DNA of 63,589 nucleotides, filler included, from Folioceros fuciformis (Eukaryota): NCBI GenBank assembly GCA_049999805.1. It is 19 parts of 19 records of this genome, joined end to end, with 100 filler letters (N's around TTAATTAATTAA, not from the genome) between each part and the next. Parts side by side here need not be neighbours in the genome. Positions count along the whole stretch, not along the records: positions 56,106 to 59,875 come from JBNGIO010006664.1; positions 59,976 to 61,732 come from JBNGIO010006665.1; positions 61,833 to 63,589 come from JBNGIO010006666.1; 16 more parts are not named here. One strand, 5' to 3'. Shown piece by piece: positions 56,106 to 63,589 of this stretch (position 1 is its first letter; each line of letters starts with the position of its first letter). The notes under the pieces were generated by a model. It saw only the letters and a program-made list of their open reading frames with translations, ran no database searches and was not told where the DNA came from. The position numbers and the translations under genes were made by a program.

Positions 56106-59100
56106 CCTGTGGGAACAATAGGTGGTATGACCTCATCTGCTGGGATGTCCTCATCATCACCCTTCGGTATGTGGTGATCCTCTTCTGCTATCGTTGGTGG
56201 ATCTAGAACAAGGAAGGTGTCCTGGATAAACTCAGAGTCGAGATCCGTGTAAATACCCATGCTCTCCGCATGACTTCCGAAGTTGTTCTCAGCGATCACG
56301 ACATCGGAACTTTCATACATCTGCTTGCTGACGGGATCCCACAATGTGTAGGCCTTTCGCTCATTCGCATAACCAATGAAGCTGCACTTGATGCTTCTAT
56401 CGTCCAACTTCTTCCGCAGTTGCTTAGGAACGTGCACATATGCTACACAGCCAAACACTCGCAAGTGTGAGACATTAGGTTTCTCACCAAACCAAGCTTC
56501 GTGGGGTGTCATGGAGCCGCCTAGCGCCATGGTAATTGACATATTCTGTACGTGTACCGCCGTTGCCACCGCATCTGCCCAAAAATATTTTGGCATCCTA
56601 CTTTCCGCTAGCATACTCCTAGAGCCATTGCAGATGGTACGATTCTTTCGCTCGGGGATCCCTGCCTGTTGTGGTGTGTACCTTGTCGTCGACTGCCTCT
56701 CAATTCCGGCCGCTATGCATTCATCCTTGAAGAGTTTGCTCAAATACTCTCCTCCCCCGTCAGTTCAAAGTTTCTTCAACTTCTTTCCGGTTTGTTTCTC
56801 CGCGGTCGCCCTGAACATCTAAAATGCTTGGAGGGCATCACTCTTCTTCCGCAGGAAATACACCGCTGTTCTCCTACTGTAGTCATCGATAAACGAAATA
56901 TAGTATTTCGCCTGTATCATCCTTGCTTCCACTTGCATTGGTCCGCAAAGATCAGAGTGGACAAGTTCCAAGACTTCTTTTGCTCTCTTCATGATTGAAA
57001 CATAAGATCTTCGGGGATGCTTGCCTTTCATACAAGCGTCACACAAACCAAGTTCTGCCTTCTAAAGCTCCATTCCTGTCACAAGCTTCTTCCGCTCCAT
57101 CTCCAAGAGAAACTTCAAGTTGGTATGCCCAAATCATCTATGCCACAGTAAGGCATTTCCACATTTCTCCGACATTGTCAGAACTTCTTGGTCGTTGGGA
57201 ACCTCCATCTGGTACAAGTTCCCTGTGCGATGGCCTTTTGCCACCATGTCACCGTGCATTTGTCCATTCTTCGGAAACAAAACCTCCTTCTTCGTAAAAA
57301 GGACCTGTAGACCTGCATCGGTCAATGATGCGACAGACATGAGATTTCTACGTAGATGCAGTACAAACAACGCTCCTTCCATTGCCTTGACCTCGCCATC
57401 GAGCAATTTGAGCCTGTACTCCCCCACACCCTCGACACCTATTCGCTATCGTTCCCTAGGCGCACCACTGTCTTCTCCCTCCTGTAGTCTTGAAGGAGCT
57501 CTTTATCCTTTACCATAAAGGATGTACATGCAGAATCTATCATCAAGTATTGTCTCGCTTGTGTACTATAGCACGCGTGCGATACTTCTTCTGTGAGCAT
57601 TGCCTCGGCAACCTCACCTTTACTCTCACCCTCCGTGAGATGTGCGGTCTTTCGATCCTTGCAATCCTTCTCATAATGACCATACTTGAAGCATTTCCGG
57701 CACTGTCCCCTCTTCACTATTCTCTTGTCCTTCTGTCCCTGTGAGGACTCCCCCTGCTTGTCCTTGTTTCGGTAGTTCCGTCCCTTTCCCTTGACGAACA
57801 TCACATGCTCCGGATTAGTTGAAAATCCCGCCATTGCATCCGATTGGCAAGTCTCCTTCGCCAACATCTTAGAGGTGGCCTCCTCCCATGTGAGAGTGTC
57901 TTGGGCTATTAGGAAATCTATGAACCCTGGCCAAGCTTTGGGCATAGAACGATATAGAAACATCTTCTGTATGTCCTCTTGGATAGCGAAGCGCTCGTTA
58001 GGTAATGCTAGCGCTGTAAACAGATGGTGAAAGGTGTCGATGTGCTTTCGCAAATCGTCTCCGTCTGAATACTTCAATGTTGTCACACGACAAAACAGGT
58101 GAAATACTTCACCTGCTCCCTTCTGGCCGTATTCCAAATGTGCTCCGTGCCCTTGTCTGGTTCTCCGACCTTCAGCTGGACTGCCGTAGAGAGATTCATA
58201 TATAGGAGAGCTGTACCCTTGTGGTCTCTCCGCATCCATTCTCTCTGCGCTCTCCCCTCATCTTCGGGTTTTGGCTCTTTGCCCTCGGCAATGCCATACG
58301 ACGCCTCTGCCATCAGCAGAACCTTCATGGACCTTTTCCATACATGGAACTCCGTTCCATCAAACACCCGCGTCCTAAAGGCCGCGGTGGCTACTGAGCC
58401 CGTCGCCATCGCAACTCCGTCCTCTCTTAGCAAGTCTCACGATTAGTGTTCCTGCTCTGATACCATGAAAGAAACAACTCAGACACAACATTGCCTGGGC
58501 AACGCACAAGATCAACACAGTTAGCAGACACAAGCAGAGTCTGTGGGTGACACATGCAATAGCACCACTGGCTTAGATGGACTCGAAAGTACAAGGCAAT
58601 ATGGTGCATAGTGTGCTACATATATAGCCTTTGCTGGGCAACTATCGAGAAGGTAAGCCCTAGACTCGAGAGTGCAATATCCTAATATATCCTGATATAC
58701 TAGAGTGAGTAGCAGAGGATTGAATCTCTAACACTCCCCCTTCAAGCTAAAGCTACTTACCGACGCCAAGATTCGAACAAAAACGTGCGAACTTTGCGCC
58801 ACTCAGCGCCTTGGTGAAGATATCCGCCACCATCTCCTCATGCAGAGGTATGAGATCTGAAGCACACCTTTGTCGACTAAATCGCGCACATAATGAAAGT
58901 GTATGGGAATGTGCTTAGTGCAAGGGTGAAAACCAGGTCGATGAGCAAGAGCAATTGAGCTCGTGCTGTCAACAAAAACGGGGATAGGGTTCCTCGTGAC
59001 TATGCCAATATCTGCAAGAAGTTGTTTGAACCATGTGATGTCGGCTCCCCCAATGGATAGGGCAATGTATTCGGCCTCGGCCGAGGAGAGTGCAACAACT

Positions 59101-59875
59101 AATTGTTTCTTGCTTAGCCATCCGACGGCTCCTCCACATAGCATGCAACAACATCCTGTGGTAGATCGGGAATCCTTGTTGGTGCCCCAACTGGCATCAG
59201 TGAAGATATGTTGCAAAGCCATTTCCATCATAGGTGATGCCGTCAGGGATGGTGCCTTGAAGATACCGTAGAATCCACTTCGCAAGTTGCCAATGGGTTG
59301 TGGTGTAGCATCCGGAGAATTGACTGAGCGTGGTCACCGCATAACACAGATCTGGACGGGTGCTAACCATAAGGTACATTAGGCTGCCAATGAGGGCGCG
59401 GAAGGGGACGTCCTCCGGAATAGGGTCCTCGGAAAAGTCAGTCTCAAACAAGCGGAGTCCAGGTTCCATGGGGGAACTTATGGGCTTGCAGTTGTGCATA
59501 CCGAACTTTTTCAGAATAAGAGAAGCAAACCTGGGCTGGCTGATGCGGATCGTTCGCTTCTGTCTATCCCTGTGGATATGCATACCCAGAAAGAAAGTTG
59601 CCTCTCCAAGATCGCGCATCCGGAAACTCAGTGCCAATTGTCGCTTAACCTCTTGGATTCCAGACAAGTTGTTCCCGAAAATGAGAGCATCGTCCACATA
59701 CAAGACAAGTACCAGGTGAACATCACCAACCTTCTTAATGTAGACGTTCGAGGCAACGGAAGATGGTGTAAACCCCAAAAGCTTTAGGGCTTTGTCGCAT
59801 CTCATAAACCACCGTAAGGCGGATTGCTTCAAACCGTAAATGGACCGAAGAAGTTTGCACACCTTATCCTCCATG
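56106..59875 (-). mobile_element. Ty1/copia element in permuted arrangement: RT/RH, single LTR, then gag/PR/IN; decayed
   Basis: RT (LYVDDALI) and RH (FTDASWG) at 59874-58803; PPT GAAGGGGGAG 58734-58743; LTR 58733-58466; PBS 58451-58465; gag (CRKCFKYGHYEKDC), PR (MIDSAC) and IN downstream. Confidence 0.93.
58466..58733 (-). repeat. Complete 268-bp LTR (TG...CA)
   Basis: Bounded by PPT and tRNA-iMet PBS; contains a TATA-like CTATATAT. Confidence 0.9.
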
Positions 59876-59975
59876 NNNNNNNNNNNNNNNNNNNNNNNNN
59901 NNNNNNNNNNNNNNNNNNNTTAATTAATTAANNNNNNNNNNNNNNNNNNNNNNNNNNNNNNNNNNNNNNNNNNNN

Positions 59976-61732
59976 CCTAGCATGGCAATGGAGGAAGGGA
60001 GTTTGTTGAAGTGAGCCAACCTAGGTGATGATCACCTAACGTGGAGTTGAGGAGCGAGCATAAAGAATGCAATTGCCCGCGGAGTAGAAAGCCTAGCATG
60101 GCAATGGAGGAAGGGAGTTGTTGAAGTCGCCATTTAGAGGAACTGTCGCATGACCTAAAACCCTTCTTGCCCGATTGTCTTCTATGGAAAGCAAGAGTAG
60201 TTTTTCCTTTGCAAGATCCTGAGCTTGAGGGTGGTGGTGGCATTCCGCGAGTGACTTACCAACTCAAGGCAGATTGGCAAGGGTAGCCCCTTTTTGCAGT
60301 TTTGCAGCCACAAGTGAAGAAAGGCGCGTGTGAGCACCCCAAGGTCTTACATCGACAACTACCCTCGATTGGTTTGAGGAAACCTTGTTTTCAGCAAGGC
60401 AATCACACATCCTTACGGCTATGTTGGCTGCAACTTGGCTGGAGTTGGAATGGTTTTGTGAAGAAGGGGGCTTGGTACGAGACGGGCCACCAACGCAACT
60501 TATTGGTGTCTGGAGCATGGCATGCAAGATCTAAGGGAAAGTGAGCTGGTGGAGACGGCCACGCAACTACAGCAAGGCAGTATTAGCCACACGCCCTGAT
60601 CATGCTAGTAGTAGCAACAACATTTCAGTTTTAGCAAGCTGCCTTGGCCTTCCGGAGTTCATAGCGATTCCTGCAGAGGTTGGCTGCCTTCAATTTACAT
60701 ACTGGAGTGTTTTCCTCGTTGAGACGAATCGGTTGGTATAACTTTTGCTTCTACATTAGAGTGAAGAAGAAGGCACTCAAGGTCATGGGGAGATAAGTCT
60801 GCCTTGGTGGGTGCAATTAGGGCAAAACCATAACCTAGAAAGAACATTGAAACAAAACAAGTAAAATCCAACATAGCATTGCATTGTAGCCATCATACAA
60901 CAACATCTTCTTGTGTACATCATCTTTGTGTTCACAATTTTAGTAAGGCAAGTAGATAGAAGGAACCCACAAGCATCTTGTCTACAACATCATCTCTGTG
61001 ATGACAAATTTAACAAGGAAAAGAAAGAAGGAACCCAACTTGTAAGCAAATCGAGGGAATCGTAGCCCTCCCATTTCCGTTCCGGTTTTGACTCGGGCTC
61101 CCGACCAGCAAGCGGGGACACGGTCGCCATTCTTGCTGCCAAGTTATATCTTCAGGGCGATGTACTACGTACCTCGCCCCTGGAACATCAGGCTAGCATC
61201 TAGGGCTATTGAACTAGTGTGTGGTGAGACAGTCTAATCGCTAGACATCACCTTGAAACTAGACACACCAAATGCCATGACATTGTCCTTGCCTTGCTTG
61301 GTGACTACAACCACCAACTAGGACCTGCTGTTGGGATAGGAGTTTCTCTTCCCTCCAGGGGTTGGCGTGGACAATTGGATTGAGCAAGCCTTTTACAGGT
61401 CTGACTGGAAGCAAGGGGGCCGCCACATTGCACATCTGCCATTGGATTTGCATGGCCAGGTGGAAACTGATGTGGCCACCTTGGTCACAAGCTAGGCACC
61501 TTGAACCAAATTAGGCAAATAGCTGAAGCGCCAGCTAGGGCTACTTGACCAGCATAAGTGCATGGGCTCACACCACCTATGTGAGGCAACCTAGGTGATG
61601 ATTACCTAACGTGGAGCTGAGGAGCGAGCGTAAAGAATGCAATTGCCCGCAGAGTAGACAACCTAGCATGGCAATGGAGGAAGGGAGTTTGTTGAAGTGA
61701 GCCAACCTAGGTGATGATCACCTAACGTGGAG
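59976..61732. repeat. ~1.69-kb closed/tandem non-coding unit, variant A, with ~118-bp subrepeats at the junction
   Basis: The first 71 bp recur at the end; CCTAGCATGGCAATGGAGGAAGGGAGT and CAACCTAGGTGATGATYACCTAACGTGGAG subrepeats. Confidence 0.85.
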
Positions 61733-61832
61733 NNNNNNNNNNNNNNNNNNNNNNNNNNNNNNNNNNNNNNNNNNNNTTAATTAATTAANNNNNNNNNNNN
61801 NNNNNNNNNNNNNNNNNNNNNNNNNNNNNNNN

Positions 61833-63589
61833 CCTAGCATGGCAATGGAGGAAGGGAGTTTGTTGAAGTGAGCCAACCTAGGTGATGATCACCTAACGTG
61901 GAGTTGAGGAGCGAGCATAAAGAATGCAATTGCCCGCGGAGTAGAAAGCCTAGCATGGCAATGGAGGAAGGGAGTTGTTGAAGTCGCCATTTAGAGGAAC
62001 TGTCGCATGACCTAAAACCCTTCTTGCCCGATTGTCTTCTATGGAAAGCAAGAGTAGTTTTTCCTTTGCAAGATCCTGAGCTTGAGGGTGGTGGTGGCAT
62101 TCCGCGAGTGACTTACCAACTCAAGGCAGATTGGCAAGGGTAGCCCCTTTTTGCAGTTTTGCAGCCACAAGTGAAGAAAGGCGCGTGTGAGCACCCCAAG
62201 GTCTTACATCGACAACTACCCTCGATTGGTTTGAGGAAACCTTGTTTTCAGCAAGGCAATCACACATCCTTACGGCTATGTTGGCTGCAACTTGGCTGGA
62301 GTTGGAATGGTTTTGTGAAGAAGGGGGCTTGGTACGAGACGGGCCACCAACGCAACTTATTGGTGTCTGGAGCATGGCATGCAAGATCTAAGGGAAAGTG
62401 AGCTGGTGGAGACGGCCACGCAACTACAGCAAGGCAGTATTAGCCACACGCCCTGATCATGCTAGTAGTAGCAACAACATTTCAGTTTTAGCAAGCTGCC
62501 TCGGCCTTCCAGAGTTCATAGCGATTGCTGAAGAGGTTGGTTGCCTTCAATTTACATACTGGAGTGTTTGCCTGGTTGAGACGAATCGATTGGTATAACT
62601 TTTGCTTCTACATTAGAGTGAAGAAGAAGGCACTCTAGGTCATGGGGAGATAAGTCTGCCTTGGTGGGTGCAATTAGGGCAAAACCATAACCTAGGAAGA
62701 ACATTGAAACAAAACAAGTAAAATCCAACATAGCATTGCATTGTAGCCATCATACAACAACATCTTCTTGTGTACATCATCTTTGTGTTCACAATTTTAG
62801 TAAGGCAAGTAGATAGAAGGAACCCACAAGCATCTTGTCTACAACATCATCTCTGTGATGACAAATTTAACAAGGAAAAGAAAGAAGGAACCCAACTTGT
62901 AAGCAAATCGAGGGAATCGTAGCCCTCCCATTTCCGTTCCGGTTTTGACTCGGGCTCCCGACCAGCAAGCGGGGACACGGTCGCCATTCTTGCTGCCAAG
63001 TTATATCTTCAGGGCGATGTACTACGTACCTCGCCCCTGGAACATCAGGCTAGCATCTAGGGCTATTGAACTAGTGTGTGGTGAGACAGTCTAATCGCTA
63101 GACATCACCTTGAAACTAGACACACCAAATGCCATGACATTGTCCTTGCCTTGCTTGGTGACTACAACCACCAACTAGGACCTGCTGTTGGGATAGGAGT
63201 TTCTCTTCCCTCCAGGGGTTGGCGTGGACAATTGGATTGAGCAAGCCTTTTACAGGTCTGACTGGAAGCAAGGGGGCCGCCACATTGCACATCTGCCATT
63301 GGATTTGCATGGCCAGGTGGAAACTGATGTGGCCACCTTGGTCACAAGCTAGGCACCTTGAACCAAATTAGGCAAATAGCTGAAGCGCCAGCTAGGGCTA
63401 CTTGACCAGCATAAGTGCATGGGCTCACACCACCTATGTGAGGCAACCTAGGTGATGATTACCTAACGTGGAGCTGAGGAGCGAGCGTAAAGAATGCAAT
63501 TGCCCGCAGAGTAGACAACCTAGCATGGCAATGGAGGAAGGGAGTTTGTTGAAGTGAGCCAACCTAGGTGATGATCACCTAACGTGGAG
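61833..63589. repeat. ~1.69-kb closed/tandem non-coding unit, variant B
   Basis: Same length as variant A and apparently identical except about 10 clustered substitutions. Confidence 0.85.

Noticed and set aside
59976-61732. Cassandra TRIM or rDNA unit
   Set aside because: No 5S or other rRNA similarity recognised, and no iMet PBS.

Overview
This is eukaryotic (land-plant) DNA. It is not one locus: about 19 short contigs are joined by artificial 100-bp linkers (N44-TTAATTAATTAA-N44), and some contain internal 100-N gaps. Many contigs, or pairs of contigs, overlap end-to-start by exactly 47 bp, so they are cycles of a k=48 assembly graph (collapsed LTR elements or tandem units). Adjacency across linkers means nothing unless such an overlap exists. 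Mobile content: five Ty1/copia LTR retrotransposons (one with an intact 1554-codon gag-pol) and one Ty3/gypsy chromovirus. Genes: SEP2 (LHC-like), an intronless papain-family protease, RPS16/uS9 (5' part), a spliced TFIIE-beta paralog in a 4.3-kb closed unit, a decayed dynein heavy chain and F-box fragments. The dynein relic suggests a plant lineage with flagellated sperm. Standout: an intact, intronless 295-aa ORF (33260-34147). By eye it follows bacterial-type gasdermin architecture end to end, including a short C-terminal inhibitory-type tail behind an Arg-rich linker. It lies on the same contig as GT-AG-spliced exons, in a ~5.7-kb closed unit, beside a second orphan ORF that shares its 5' leader. 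All homology calls are by-eye recognition; no searches were run.
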